Positions 10,306 to 21,362 of a DNA stretch of 64,000 nucleotides are shown here, one piece after another. The stretch lies in NCBI GenBank assembly GCA_038316205.1, contig JBBQAI010000005.1, positions 13,449-77,448 of the forward strand, given 5' to 3'. The DNA comes from Burkholderiales bacterium. GTDB lineage: Bacteria; Pseudomonadota; Gammaproteobacteria; Burkholderiales; Burkholderiaceae_C. The first letter of the stretch is position 1; the number at the start of each line of letters is the position of its first letter. The notes under the pieces were generated by a model. It made no database searches. It was not told the DNA's origin and saw only the letters and a program-made list of their open reading frames with translations. The position numbers were made by a program, and so were the translations under genes.

Positions 10306-12360
10306 ATGTATGCACTGTTCGATGACGCCGGGAAATTCCACGCCGGCCGCGTGATGTCCGAAGCCGAGAGTTCGCTACAGGTGGAGCTGGATTCCGGCAA
10401 GCGGGTGAAAGTGAAGGCAGCCAATGTGATGCTGCGCTTCGAAAAGCCGGCACCGGCCGAGTTCATGGCCCAGGCGCAAGCCCTGGCCGCTGAGATCGAC
10501 CTCGACCTGGCTTGGGAATTTGCCTCGGACGCCGAATTCAGTTTTGGCGACCTGGCGCGCGACTATTTCGACGCCAAGGCCGGCCCCGAGAAGCAGGCCG
10601 CCGCGTTGCTGCGCCTGTACGACGCGCCGCACTACTTTCGCCGGCTGGGCAAAGGCCTGTTCAAGAAGGCGCCGGAAGAGACGGTCAAGGCGGCGCTGCT
10701 GGGCATCGAACGCAAGAAGCAGCTGGCTTTGCAGATCGAAGCCTGGGCCGCGGAACTGGTGCAGGGGCAGTGCCCGGCAGCCGTGCGCGAGCAGCTCTAC
10801 CGCATCCTCTTCAAGCCCGACAAGAACGGCCCGGAATACAAGGCCGTGGTCGAAGCCGCCAAGCGCGCGCAGAAGGCGCCGCTGGACCTGCTGACCGCCG
10901 CCGGGGCCATCGAAAGCCCCTACCAGTTCCACTGGCAGCGCTTCCTCTTCGAGCAATTCCCCAAAGGCCACGCCTTCACACCCGGCCTGGCCGCGCCAGC
11001 CATCAAGGACGACCTGCCGCTGGCGGCGGTGCAGGCCTTCTCCATCGACGACAGCGCCACCACCGAAATCGACGACGCGCTGTCGGTGCAGGGCCTGGGC
11101 ACCGGCACCGTCACCTTCGGCGTGCACATCGCCGCGCCGGGGCTGGCCATCACGCCCGACACCGCCATCGACAAAGTGGCGCGCGAGCGCCTGTCCACGG
11201 TCTACATGCCGGGCTGGAAGATCACCATGCTGCCCGACGAGGTGGTGCAGGCTTACACCTTGGCCGAAGGGCGCAATTGCCCGGCCGTCAGCCTGTACGT
11301 CACGCTGGACGAGGCCACCTTGGAGGTGCGCAGCAGCGAGACCCGGCTCGAGCTGGTGCCGATTGCCGCCAACCTGCGCCACGACAAGCTGGACGCGGTG
11401 GTCACCGAAGCCTCGCTGAATGGCCAGGCGCCTGCCGACTACCCCTTCGCTGCTGAACTGGCGTTCGCCTTCCGCCTGGCCCAGACGCTGAAGGGCCGGC
11501 GCGAGGTGGTGCGGGGCAAGCCGGAAACCTTCAACCGGCCGGACTACAACTTCCGCCTGGAAGGCAGCGAAGGCGAGCCGCAAGGTCACGAGCCGGTCAC
11601 CATCAGCACCCGACAGCGCGGCGCGCCGCTGGACCTGATCGTGGCCGAAGCCATGATCCTGGCCAACAGCACCTGGGGCGCATGGCTGGCCGAGCACGGC
11701 GTGCCCGGCATCTACCGCAGCCAGGCCAGCCTGCTGCCCGGCAACAAGGTGCGCATGGGCACCAAGCCCGCGCCGCACGCCGGCATGGGCGTGGCGCAGT
11801 ACGCGTGGTCCACCAGCCCGTTGCGGCGCTATGTGGACCTGGCCAACCAGTGGCAGATCATTGCCTGCGCCCGCCACGGCCGCACCGCCGCGCTGGTGGC
11901 GCCCTTCAAGCCGAAGGACGCCGCGTTGTTCAGCGTGATCTCGGCCTTCGACGCGGCCTACACCGCCTACAACGGCTACCAGCAGGGCATCGAGCGCTTT
12001 TGGACGCTGCAGTGGGTGGCGCAGCAAGGTTTGACCGAGATCGACGCCAGCGTGATGAAGGACGGCCTGGTGCGTGCGGACAGCGTGCCGCTGGTCTTCC
12101 GCCTGCCGGGCACCGACAGCCTGCCGCGCGGCAGCCGCGTGCGGGCCCGCATCAACGGCATGGACCTGTTGACGCTGGAACTGCACGCGACGCTGGCGGC
12201 GCGGCTCGACGAAGCAGCCCCTGCGACGACCGCCGACGAGGCTACCGCCGAAGACGACGACACCGAGCCGACGGGCGCGCTGCAATTGGCCATCGATCTG
12301 GACGATGGCGGCAGCGCAGCGCCGGCTGCAGATGTCGCCGTGGCTGCCGACTCGGCCTGA
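10306..12360 (+). CDS. RNB-domain exoribonuclease (RNase II family)
   Basis: SIDDSATTEIDDALS, HIA, TSPLRRYVDL. Confidence 0.92.
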   Translation: MYALFDDAGKFHAGRVMSEAESSLQVELDSGKRVKVKAANVMLRFEKPAPAEFMAQAQALAAEIDLDLAWEFASDAEFSFGDLARDYFDAKAGPEKQAAALLRLYDAPHYFRRLGKGLFKKAPEETVKAALLGIERKKQLALQIEAWAAELVQGQCPAAVREQLYRILFKPDKNGPEYKAVVEAAKRAQKAPLDLLTAAGAIESPYQFHWQRFLFEQFPKGHAFTPGLAAPAIKDDLPLAAVQAFSIDDSATTEIDDALSVQGLGTGTVTFGVHIAAPGLAITPDTAIDKVARERLSTVYMPGWKITMLPDEVVQAYTLAEGRNCPAVSLYVTLDEATLEVRSSETRLELVPIAANLRHDKLDAVVTEASLNGQAPADYPFAAELAFAFRLAQTLKGRREVVRGKPETFNRPDYNFRLEGSEGEPQGHEPVTISTRQRGAPLDLIVAEAMILANSTWGAWLAEHGVPGIYRSQASLLPGNKVRMGTKPAPHAGMGVAQYAWSTSPLRRYVDLANQWQIIACARHGRTAALVAPFKPKDAALFSVISAFDAAYTAYNGYQQGIERFWTLQWVAQQGLTEIDASVMKDGLVRADSVPLVFRLPGTDSLPRGSRVRARINGMDLLTLELHATLAARLDEAAPATTADEATAEDDDTEPTGALQLAIDLDDGGSAAPAADVAVAADSA

Positions 12361-12369
12361 TCCATCGCG

Positions 12370-13227
12370 ATGCGCTGGCCGGCTCTGTCAACCTTGCAGT
12401 GGGCTTTGCTGGCCTCGGGTGCCGTGCACGCCACGCTGCTGACGGTGCACCTGGTCGGCCCGCTGCGCGTGGAACGCGCCTTCCGCGACACGCCGCTGGA
12501 CGTGATCCTGGTCAACGCCCGTTCGGCCGAAGCGCCGCTGCAGGCGCAGGCCATTGCGCAGGCCAATCTGGCCGGTGGCGGCGAAGCGGACAAGGGCCGT
12601 TCGACGTCGCCGATGCCGATGGCACCGTCCATGCAGTTGGGCGACGCGGTGGAAGACGCCAAGCGGCGCATCGACACGCTGCAAGACGAGCAACAGCAAC
12701 TGCTGTCGCAGATCCGCCGCGAGATGGCCACGCTGCCACCGCCCGACCCGCGACGCGAGAACGGCACACCGCAAGAACGCGAACAGGAAGACCACCGCAA
12801 GCGGTTGCTGCGCCAGTTGGCCGAGATCGAAAAGCGCGTCAACGACGAGAGCACTCGGCCCAAAAAACGCTACATCAGCCCGGCCGCGCGCGAAGAGGTT
12901 TACGCCATCTACTACGACACGCTGCGCCGGCGCATCGAAGAGCGCGGCACGCGTGACTTCCCTGAACAGAACGGCAAGAAGCTCTACGGCGAATTGACGA
13001 TGAACGTGACCGTGGACGCGCAGGGCCGGGTCGTCGAAGCCGAGATCGTGCGGGCGTCGGCCTCGCGCGGGCTGGACCAGCGCGCGATGGCCATCGTGCA
13101 GGCCGCAGGGCCTTTCGGGCCTTTTTCGTCGGCCATGCAGTCGCAGGCCGACCAGATCATCGTCACCTCGCGCTTCCGCTTCACGCGCAACGACGGGCTG
13201 GAAGCGACGGTGGGGGCGGCGCGATGA
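12370..13227 (+). CDS. TonB C-terminal domain protein (energy transducer TonB family)
   Basis: N-terminal TM with SxxxH (SGAVH); VILVNARS...AQANLAGGG; C-terminal TonB_C fold (LDQRAMAIVQAAGPF). Confidence 0.8.
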   Translation: MRWPALSTLQWALLASGAVHATLLTVHLVGPLRVERAFRDTPLDVILVNARSAEAPLQAQAIAQANLAGGGEADKGRSTSPMPMAPSMQLGDAVEDAKRRIDTLQDEQQQLLSQIRREMATLPPPDPRRENGTPQEREQEDHRKRLLRQLAEIEKRVNDESTRPKKRYISPAAREEVYAIYYDTLRRRIEERGTRDFPEQNGKKLYGELTMNVTVDAQGRVVEAEIVRASASRGLDQRAMAIVQAAGPFGPFSSAMQSQADQIIVTSRFRFTRNDGLEATVGAAR

Positions 13228-14006
13228 TGAAGTCCGTTCAGGCTCCTCACACCCGCCACGCGCTGCGGCTGGCGGCTTTGCTGCTGCTGTGCTTGGCCTC
13301 GCTGCAGTTGGTCTTCGCCGCGCGCATCGCGCTGATGGCCGGGCTGGCGCCGCAGTCCACCGCCTTCCAACGCAGCGAGGCCTGGCGGCTGCTGGTCGAA
13401 AAACACCAGATCAGCTGGAGCCAGGACTGGGTCGACGGCAGCCGCATCTCGCCCAATCTGCAGCGCGCCGTGATCGCCAGCGAAGACGCCGGTTTCGTGG
13501 ACCACAACGGCATCGAGTGGGACGCCATCGAGAAGGCCTGGCAGAAGAACCAGCAGGCCGAGCAGCGCGTCCTGCAACAAGTCAGCAAGGCCGTGGCGGC
13601 CAGGCCTGCCAAGCCCGGGCGGCCAGCGCCTGTGCCCAAAGTGGTGGGCGGTTCCACCATCACCCAGCAACTGGCGAAGAACCTCTTCCTGTCGGGCGAA
13701 CGCACCGCCGTGCGCAAGGCGCAGGAAGCGCTGTTGACGGTGATGCTGGAAGCCGCGCTCAGCAAGGAACGCATCCTGGAGATCTACCTGAACAACGTGG
13801 AATGGGGCGAAGGCGTGTTCGGTGCGCAGGCGGCGGCGCGGCACTACTTCCGCGTCGATGCCGCCCGGCTCGGCCCCGAGCAAGCCGCGCGCTTGGCCGT
13901 GATGCTGCCGGCGCCCAAGCGCTTCGAGAAAAACCCAGGGTCGGCCTATGTCGCCGGGCGTGCGGCGACCATCGTGGCCCGCATGGGGGCGGTGGAACTG
14001 CCATGA
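13224..14006 (+). CDS. mtgA: Monofunctional biosynthetic peptidoglycan transglycosylase
   Basis: GT51 motifs ASEDAGF..H, GGSTITQQLAKNLFL, RKAQE, KERILEIYLN. Confidence 0.93.
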   Translation: MMKSVQAPHTRHALRLAALLLLCLASLQLVFAARIALMAGLAPQSTAFQRSEAWRLLVEKHQISWSQDWVDGSRISPNLQRAVIASEDAGFVDHNGIEWDAIEKAWQKNQQAEQRVLQQVSKAVAARPAKPGRPAPVPKVVGGSTITQQLAKNLFLSGERTAVRKAQEALLTVMLEAALSKERILEIYLNNVEWGEGVFGAQAAARHYFRVDAARLGPEQAARLAVMLPAPKRFEKNPGSAYVAGRAATIVARMGAVELP

Positions 14007-14587
14007 CGGCGCCTGAGGAACTCACCGTCGCAGCGGCCCAACTCGTGGTCGAGGAAGGCATGGAGTACGGCGCCGCCAAGCGCAAGGCCGCGCGGTCCTT
14101 CGGCAGCCGCGTCGAACTGCCCAGCGACGAGCAGGTGGAAGCCGCGGTGCGCGAGCACATCGAGATCTTCTGCGCCGACACGCAACCGGCTGAACTGCGC
14201 GCGCTGCGCGAGGTGGCGGCGCTGTGGATGGGGCGCATGGCCGACTTCCGTCCGCACGTCTCGGGCGCGGTGTGGCGCGGTACCGCGACGCGGCTGTCCA
14301 CCGTGCGCCTGGACCTGTATTGCGACGACCCCAAGGCGGCCGAGATCGCCATGATCAATGCCGACGAGGACTACGACAGCGGCGCGCTGGACTTGCCCGG
14401 CCGCCGCGAACCCCTCAGCGTGCTGACCGTGGCCACGCCCAGCGCGACCCTTGGCGAGCGCGTCACCGTGCACCTGCTGCTGCACGACCTGGACGACCAG
14501 CGCGGTGCGCTGAAACCCGACGCCCAGGGCCGCAGTTGGCGCGGCGACCTGGCGGCCCTGCAAAAACGAATGACGGACAACACATGA
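14003..14587 (+). CDS. Conserved hypothetical protein, degenerate minimal-nucleotidyltransferase-like
   Basis: EEGMEYGAAKRKAA...GAVWRGTATRLSTVRLDLYCDDPK. ATGA-coupled to mtgA and tlpA. Confidence 0.7.
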   Translation: MTAPEELTVAAAQLVVEEGMEYGAAKRKAARSFGSRVELPSDEQVEAAVREHIEIFCADTQPAELRALREVAALWMGRMADFRPHVSGAVWRGTATRLSTVRLDLYCDDPKAAEIAMINADEDYDSGALDLPGRREPLSVLTVATPSATLGERVTVHLLLHDLDDQRGALKPDAQGRSWRGDLAALQKRMTDNT

Positions 14588-15114
14588 ACCGACGCAATTG
14601 GATCCTGGCCGGCACGGGCGCTGCGGCCGCCGCTGCCGGCGCGGCCTGGCAAATCAGCCGCAGCACGCGCGCGGAGCCGACAGCGGTGCTGGACGAGGCC
14701 ACGACCGCCTTCTGGCTGACCAGCTTCACCCGGCCCGACGGCCAGACGCTGAGCCTGGCCGCGCTGCGCGGCCAGCCGCTGGTTTTGAACTTCTGGGCCA
14801 CTTGGTGCCCGCCCTGCGTGAAGGAAATGCCCGAACTGGACCGCTTCGCCAAGCAGTTCGCCACCCAGGGTGGCCACGTGGTCGGCCTGGCCGTGGACAA
14901 CTCCAAGGCGGTACGTGAATTCCTGCAACGCGCGCCAGTCGGCTACACGATCGGCATGGCCGGTTTCGAAGGCACCGACCTCAGCCGCAAGCTGGGCAAC
15001 AGCACCGGCGCCTTGCCCTTCACGGCCGTCTTCGCCCGCAGCGGCGCGCTGGTGCACCGCAAACTGGGCGAAACCGGTTACGACGAGTTGCAAGGCTGGA
15101 CCAAAGCCTTGTAG
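14584..15114 (+). CDS. TlpA/ResA-family thiol:disulfide oxidoreductase
   Basis: LNFWATWCPPCVKEMP; cis-Pro LPFT; N-terminal RR signal. Confidence 0.92.
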   Translation: MNRRNWILAGTGAAAAAAGAAWQISRSTRAEPTAVLDEATTAFWLTSFTRPDGQTLSLAALRGQPLVLNFWATWCPPCVKEMPELDRFAKQFATQGGHVVGLAVDNSKAVREFLQRAPVGYTIGMAGFEGTDLSRKLGNSTGALPFTAVFARSGALVHRKLGETGYDELQGWTKAL

Positions 15115-15267
15115 CGCGGACTGTCGGGGACCCGCACTCTGGAAACAGACTGACGTTGGGCAATTCCGGCAATCCGCAGCCAGCCGCCTTGAACGGCCTC
15201 TAAAAAGCGTAAAGTGCGCCCGCTCAGAGCGCTTCAGGTTGGCGCAACAAGACAAGGAAAAATCCCG

Positions 15268-15729
15268 ATGGACCTGCGAAAACTCAAGACCCTGATCGAT
15301 CTGGTGTCGGACTCAAACATCTCCGAGCTCGAAATCACCGAAGCCGAAGGCAAGGTCCGCATCGTGAAGGGCCCCGTGGGTGGCGTTGTGGCACCGACCT
15401 ACATGCTCGCGCCGGCGGGCTCGTCCGCCCCGCTCGCCGCGCCGGCAGCCAGCAGCGCAGCGCCCCTGGCGGCCGAAGCGCCCGCCGCGCCCGAAGGCAA
15501 GGTCATCAAGTCGCCCATGGTCGGCACCTTCTACCGCTCGGCCAGCCCGGGCGCGAAGTCCTTCGCCGACATCGGCGACAACGTGAAGCTGGGCGAACCG
15601 GTGTGCATCATCGAAGCGATGAAGATCATGAACGAGATCGAAGCCGACTGCGAAGGCAAGGTGCTGCGTATCTTGTGCGAGAACGGCCAAGCGGTTGAAT
15701 TCGGCCAGCCGCTGTTCATCATCGAATAA
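15268..15729 (+). CDS. accB: Acetyl-CoA carboxylase biotin carboxyl carrier protein
   Basis: [22 protein letters not shown] biotinylation motif. Confidence 0.97.
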   Translation: MDLRKLKTLIDLVSDSNISELEITEAEGKVRIVKGPVGGVVAPTYMLAPAGSSAPLAAPAASSAAPLAAEAPAAPEGKVIKSPMVGTFYRSASPGAKSFADIGDNVKLGEPVCIIEAMKIMNEIEADCEGKVLRILCENGQAVEFGQPLFIIE

Positions 15730-15737
15730 GCGACGCT

Positions 15738-17090
<1,353 letters not shown>

Positions 17091-17093
17091 GCC

Positions 17094-17996
17094 ATGTTTG
17101 AACTGGTTTTGCGTGCTCCGGCAGCGCTCGTCGAGCCGGTCTCTGACCTGCTGATGGACGGGCTGGACGCGTTGTCGGTGTCGGTGGAAGACGCCGATGC
17201 CGACACCGCCGCCGAGCACGCGCTGTTCGGTGAACCGGGCATGCCGGCACCGGCGGCGGGCTGGGAGCGATCGACGCTGAAGGCGCTGTTCGAAACCGAA
17301 GTGGCGGCCGAGCAGGCCGCCGCGCTACTGCTGGCCGAGCATGGCAGCGCGGTGATCCTGCAGGCCCTGGCCGTGATGCCCGACCAGGACTGGGTGCGGC
17401 TGACGCAATCGCAATTCGCGCCTGTGGAAATCACGCCGACCTTTTGGGTCGTGCCCAGTTGGCACGAACCGCCGGCTGCTGCCACTCAGGTCATACGCCT
17501 CGACCCCGGTCTGGCCTTCGGCACCGGCACGCATCCGACCACGCGCATGTGCTTGCGTTGGCTGGCCACGCACCCGGCCGCCAACGCGGGCAAGCGCGTG
17601 CTGGACTACGGTTGCGGCTCGGGCATCCTGGCCATCGGTGCGGCGCTGGTCGGCGCGGCAGCGATCGACGCGGTGGACATCGACACCGCCGCCGTGCAGT
17701 CCACCCACGACAACGCGGTACGCAACGGGGTGGCCTTGGCGCAGTTGAAGCCGGGCATGCCGGACGCAGCGCAGGGCCTCTACGACACCGTGCTGGCCAA
17801 CATCCTGGCCACGCCGCTGAAGCTGCTGGCACCCCTATTGGCCGGCCATGTGGCGCCCGGTGGCTGGCTGGTGATGGCGGGCATCCTGGAGCGGCAGACC
17901 GACGAATTGACCGCCGCCTACGCGCCGTGGCTGGACGTGCGCGTAGCCGACGTTGAGGACGGCTGGGTCCTGATGACGGCGCAACGGCCGGCCTGA
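17094..17996 (+). CDS. prmA: Ribosomal protein L11 methyltransferase
   Basis: LDPGLAFGTGTHPTT, LDYGCGSGILAI, ANIL; follows accC. Confidence 0.96.
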   Translation: MFELVLRAPAALVEPVSDLLMDGLDALSVSVEDADADTAAEHALFGEPGMPAPAAGWERSTLKALFETEVAAEQAAALLLAEHGSAVILQALAVMPDQDWVRLTQSQFAPVEITPTFWVVPSWHEPPAAATQVIRLDPGLAFGTGTHPTTRMCLRWLATHPAANAGKRVLDYGCGSGILAIGAALVGAAAIDAVDIDTAAVQSTHDNAVRNGVALAQLKPGMPDAAQGLYDTVLANILATPLKLLAPLLAGHVAPGGWLVMAGILERQTDELTAAYAPWLDVRVADVEDGWVLMTAQRPA

Positions 17997-18013
17997 AACG
18001 TGGGTGCCGCCTG

Positions 18014-19024
18014 ATGCCCAACCTGGCCGCCCGCTGCACGTCCTGCGGCACGGTGTTCCGTGTCGTTCAGGACCAGTTGCGCGTGGCTGGCGGCCTGGTG
18101 CGCTGCGGGCGCTGCGGCGAGGTCTTCAACGCCGCCGAAGCCCTGATCGACCTGGACACGGCGACGGCCAGCACCTTCGCCGCACTGCCGGCAGAAGAGG
18201 CCGTGCGCGCCGAGGCCGTACCGAGCGTTGCGTCCGAGCATGAGCATGAGCATGAGCGTGAGCGTGCGCATGAGCCCGAGCCCGAGCTCGAGCCGGCACG
18301 GGGTCTGGCCTTCGACCTGCACCTGGAAGCCGAACGCGCCGCAGCGCCGGCGCTGGACTTCGCGGCCGTCGAGCCGCTGCACCAAACCACGGCGCTGGCC
18401 GAGCCGCTGCACGCGGTGCCGCCGGCTGACAGCAGCATCGGGGCGGCATCCGCGTACGGACCTGAAGCCGATGCTGCGCAGCCGCCCGACCCGCGCGCCG
18501 AACCCAACGACATGCCGTCCTTCGTGCGCAGCGCCGACCGTGCGCAGCGCTGGCGCCAGCCGCGGGTGCGCGCGGCGCTGTCCGCCGTGGTCGTGCTCGG
18601 CGCGGTGGGTTTGGCCGCGCAAGCCGCCGTCAGCTGGCGCGACACGCTGGCCGCGCGCGTCCCTGCCACCCGGCCGGCGCTGGAAGCGGCCTGCGATGCC
18701 CTGGGCTGCCGCGTCGAAGCGGCGCGGTCCATCGACAAACTGGCGGTGGAAAGCAGCGGCCTGGTGCGCGTGGAGAAGTCCAGCGTCTACAAGCTGCAGG
18801 TCACCTTGCGAAACCGGGGCGACATCACGCTGGCACTGCCGGCGTTGGACCTGACGCTGAGCGACGGCGCCGGCAAGACCGTGGCGCGGCGCGTGCTGCG
18901 CATGGCCGACCTGGGCGTGAACACGGCCACGCTGGCCGCCGGGCGCGACCTGGCGCTGCAGGCCACACTCCAGGCCGCCACCGACCCGGTCATCGGCTAC
19001 ACCATCGAACTTTTTTACCCCTGA
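18014..19024 (+). CDS. Zinc-ribbon (MJ0042-type) + DUF3426 membrane protein
   Basis: CTSC...VRCGRC finger, low-complexity linker, TM helix, C-terminal ...GYTIELFYP; usual position after prmA. Confidence 0.85.
   Translation: MPNLAARCTSCGTVFRVVQDQLRVAGGLVRCGRCGEVFNAAEALIDLDTATASTFAALPAEEAVRAEAVPSVASEHEHEHERERAHEPEPELEPARGLAFDLHLEAERAAAPALDFAAVEPLHQTTALAEPLHAVPPADSSIGAASAYGPEADAAQPPDPRAEPNDMPSFVRSADRAQRWRQPRVRAALSAVVVLGAVGLAAQAAVSWRDTLAARVPATRPALEAACDALGCRVEAARSIDKLAVESSGLVRVEKSSVYKLQVTLRNRGDITLALPALDLTLSDGAGKTVARRVLRMADLGVNTATLAAGRDLALQATLQAATDPVIGYTIELFYP
18236..18295 (+). repeat. Degenerate in-frame hexamer array (GAGCAT x3, GAGCGT x2, GCGCAT, GAGCCC x2, GAGCTC, GAGCCG) encoding EHEHEHERERAHEPEPELEP
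   Basis: Read directly from the sequence. Confidence 0.85.
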
Positions 19025-19081
19025 CCGCGCGCCGCGCTGTCAGGTTCAAACCGCCTTCCCCCTGCACCTTGGAGCTTTGCC

Positions 19082-20011
19082 ATGCCCGCCTTGATCTGCG
19101 GATCTCTCGCTTTCGACACGATCACGAACTTCCCGGGGCGCTTCGCCGACCAGATCATGCCGGACCAGGTGCACATCCTGAACGTGTCCTTCCTGGTGCC
19201 CACGCTGCGCCGCGAATACGGCGGCTGCGCCGGCAACATCGCCTACACGCTGCACATCCTGGGCGGCACGCCGGTGATCCTGGCTGCGCTGGGCGTGGAC
19301 GGCGGTGACTACTTCGGCCGCGTGCAGGGCTGGCGTGCCGACACCACGCTGATCCACCGCGACATCGAACTGCACACCGCGCAGTGCCACATCACGACCG
19401 ACCGCGACAACAACCAGATCACCGCCTTCCACCCCGGCGCGATGAGCAACGCCCACCAGAAGACCGTGCCGCCGCGCAGCGTGCGCAGCGACCTGGCCAT
19501 CGGCATCGTGGCGCCCGACGGCCGCGACGCGATGTGGCAACACGCCCACCAGATGGCCGACGCCCAGATCCCCTTCATCTTCGACCCGGGCCAGCAACTG
19601 CCGCAGTTCAACGGCGAAGAACACCGCGAGATCCTGGGCCTGGCCCAGTGGGTGGCGGTGAACGACTACGAAGCCAAGATGCTGCAAGAGCGCACCGGCG
19701 AATCGCCCGAGCAGATCTCGCTGCGCCCGAATGTGCGCGGCGTCATCGTCACGCTGGCCGAACACGGCTGTGAACTCTGGGAAAAGGGCCAGCGCACCCT
19801 GGTGCCCGGCGTGGTGGCTGAACAGGTGGTGGACCCCACCGGCTGCGGCGACGCCTTCCGCGCGGCCCTGCTCTTCGGCCTGGAACGCGGCTGGACGCTG
19901 GCCCGCTGTGCCACCCTGGGCAACCGCCTGGGCGCGATGAAGATCGCGCAGCGCGGCCCGCAGAACCACACGCTGACACCGGCGCTGCTGGCTGAGTGGA
20001 CGGTCGGCTGA
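19082..20011 (+). CDS. PfkB-family carbohydrate/nucleoside (adenosine-like) kinase
   Basis: GSLAFD, GGCAGNIAY, FDPGQ, DPTGCGDAFR. Confidence 0.9.
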   Translation: MPALICGSLAFDTITNFPGRFADQIMPDQVHILNVSFLVPTLRREYGGCAGNIAYTLHILGGTPVILAALGVDGGDYFGRVQGWRADTTLIHRDIELHTAQCHITTDRDNNQITAFHPGAMSNAHQKTVPPRSVRSDLAIGIVAPDGRDAMWQHAHQMADAQIPFIFDPGQQLPQFNGEEHREILGLAQWVAVNDYEAKMLQERTGESPEQISLRPNVRGVIVTLAEHGCELWEKGQRTLVPGVVAEQVVDPTGCGDAFRAALLFGLERGWTLARCATLGNRLGAMKIAQRGPQNHTLTPALLAEWTVG

Positions 20012-20041
20012 AGCCGCTGCTCCGCCCCGTTTAACCCATGC

Positions 20042-20070
20042 AAAAGGGCCGCATCAGCGGCCCTTTTTTT
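20042..20070. terminator. Bidirectional rho-independent terminator between the kinase gene and fba
   Basis: AAAAGGGCCGC-ATCA-GCGGCCCTTTTTTT perfect hairpin with A and T tails between convergent genes. Confidence 0.9.
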
Positions 20071-20107
20071 GTGCTGCGGTCGATGCCGCCCAACACGTGC
20101 AACGCGA

Positions 20108-21172
20108 TCAGTTCACCACTTGCGCCATCGCGCCGCTGGTGTACAGGCCCGCCACGGCAGCCAGCGTCATCGGCTTGATCTTGCCGGCCTGGCCTTCGCA
20201 GCCGAATTCCATGTAGCGCTGCTTGCAGATGGCCTTGGCTGCTTCGCGCGCCGGCTTGAGCCATTCGCGGGCGTCGAATTTGTCGGGGTTCTCGGCCAGG
20301 AACTTACGCACGGCGGCGGTCATCGCCAGGCGAATGTCGGTGTCGATGTTGATCTTGCGCACGCCGAACTTGATGGCTTCCTGGATCTCTTCCACCGGCA
20401 CGCCGAAGGTGGTTTTCATGTTGCCGCCGTACTGGTTGATGATGGCCAGCAGGTCTTGCGGCACCGACGACGAACCGTGCATCACCAAGTGGGTGTTGGG
20501 GATGCGGGCGTGGATGGCCTTGACCCGGCTGATGGCCAGGATGTCGCCGGTGGGTTTGCGGCTGAACTTGTAGGCGCCGTGGCTGGTGCCGATGGCGATG
20601 GCCAGCGCGTCGAGCTGGGTGGCCTTGACGAAGGTGGCAGCTTCCTCGGGGTCGGTCAGCATCTGGCTGTGGTCCAGCTTGCCGACGGCGCCGATGCCGT
20701 CTTCTTCACCGGCTTCACCGGTTTCCAGGTTGCCCAGGCAACCCAGTTCACCTTCGACGGTGACGCCCACCTTGTGCGCCATGTCCACCACCTTGCGCGT
20801 GACTTCGACGTTGTAGTCGAAGCTGGCCGGCGTCTTGCCGTCGGCCATCAGCGAGCCGTCCATCATCACCGAGCCGAAGCCCAGATCAATCGCGCCCTGG
20901 CAGATCTCGGGCGTCTGGCCGTGGTCCTGGTGCATGACCAGCGGGATGTTCGGGTAGGTCTCCACCGCCGCCTGGATCAGGTGCTTGATGAAGGCTTCAC
21001 CGGCGTACTTGCGCGCGCCGGCGCTGGCTTGCAGGATGACCGGCGCGCCGACCTCGGCAGCGGCCTGCATCACCGCCTGCACCTGTTCCAGGTTGTTGAC
21101 GTTGAAGGCCGGTATGCCATAGCCGTTCTCGGCGGCGTGGTCGAGCAACTGGCGCATCGAAACGAGGGGCAT
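20108..21172 (-). CDS. fba: Fructose-bisphosphate aldolase class II
   Basis: [40 protein letters not shown]. Confidence 0.97.
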   Translation of the reverse strand: MPLVSMRQLLDHAAENGYGIPAFNVNNLEQVQAVMQAAAEVGAPVILQASAGARKYAGEAFIKHLIQAAVETYPNIPLVMHQDHGQTPEICQGAIDLGFGSVMMDGSLMADGKTPASFDYNVEVTRKVVDMAHKVGVTVEGELGCLGNLETGEAGEEDGIGAVGKLDHSQMLTDPEEAATFVKATQLDALAIAIGTSHGAYKFSRKPTGDILAISRVKAIHARIPNTHLVMHGSSSVPQDLLAIINQYGGNMKTTFGVPVEEIQEAIKFGVRKINIDTDIRLAMTAAVRKFLAENPDKFDAREWLKPAREAAKAICKQRYMEFGCEGQAGKIKPMTLAAVAGLYTSGAMAQVVN

Positions 21173-21362
21173 GGCGTTCTCCGTAAGGCAAGGACGCCGA
21201 TTCTAGCCACCGCACCCCTGTGAGGCTGGCGTTCTGACGCCCCACAACCCCTGCGAACTGGAGGCGAAAAGCGCTGCTTTTCACACTCAAGCCAGCGACT
21301 TGGGGCGCGGACACTGCCCGCACAAGGACCGCCACCCGCACCGGCCCGCAAGAAAGCACGAG

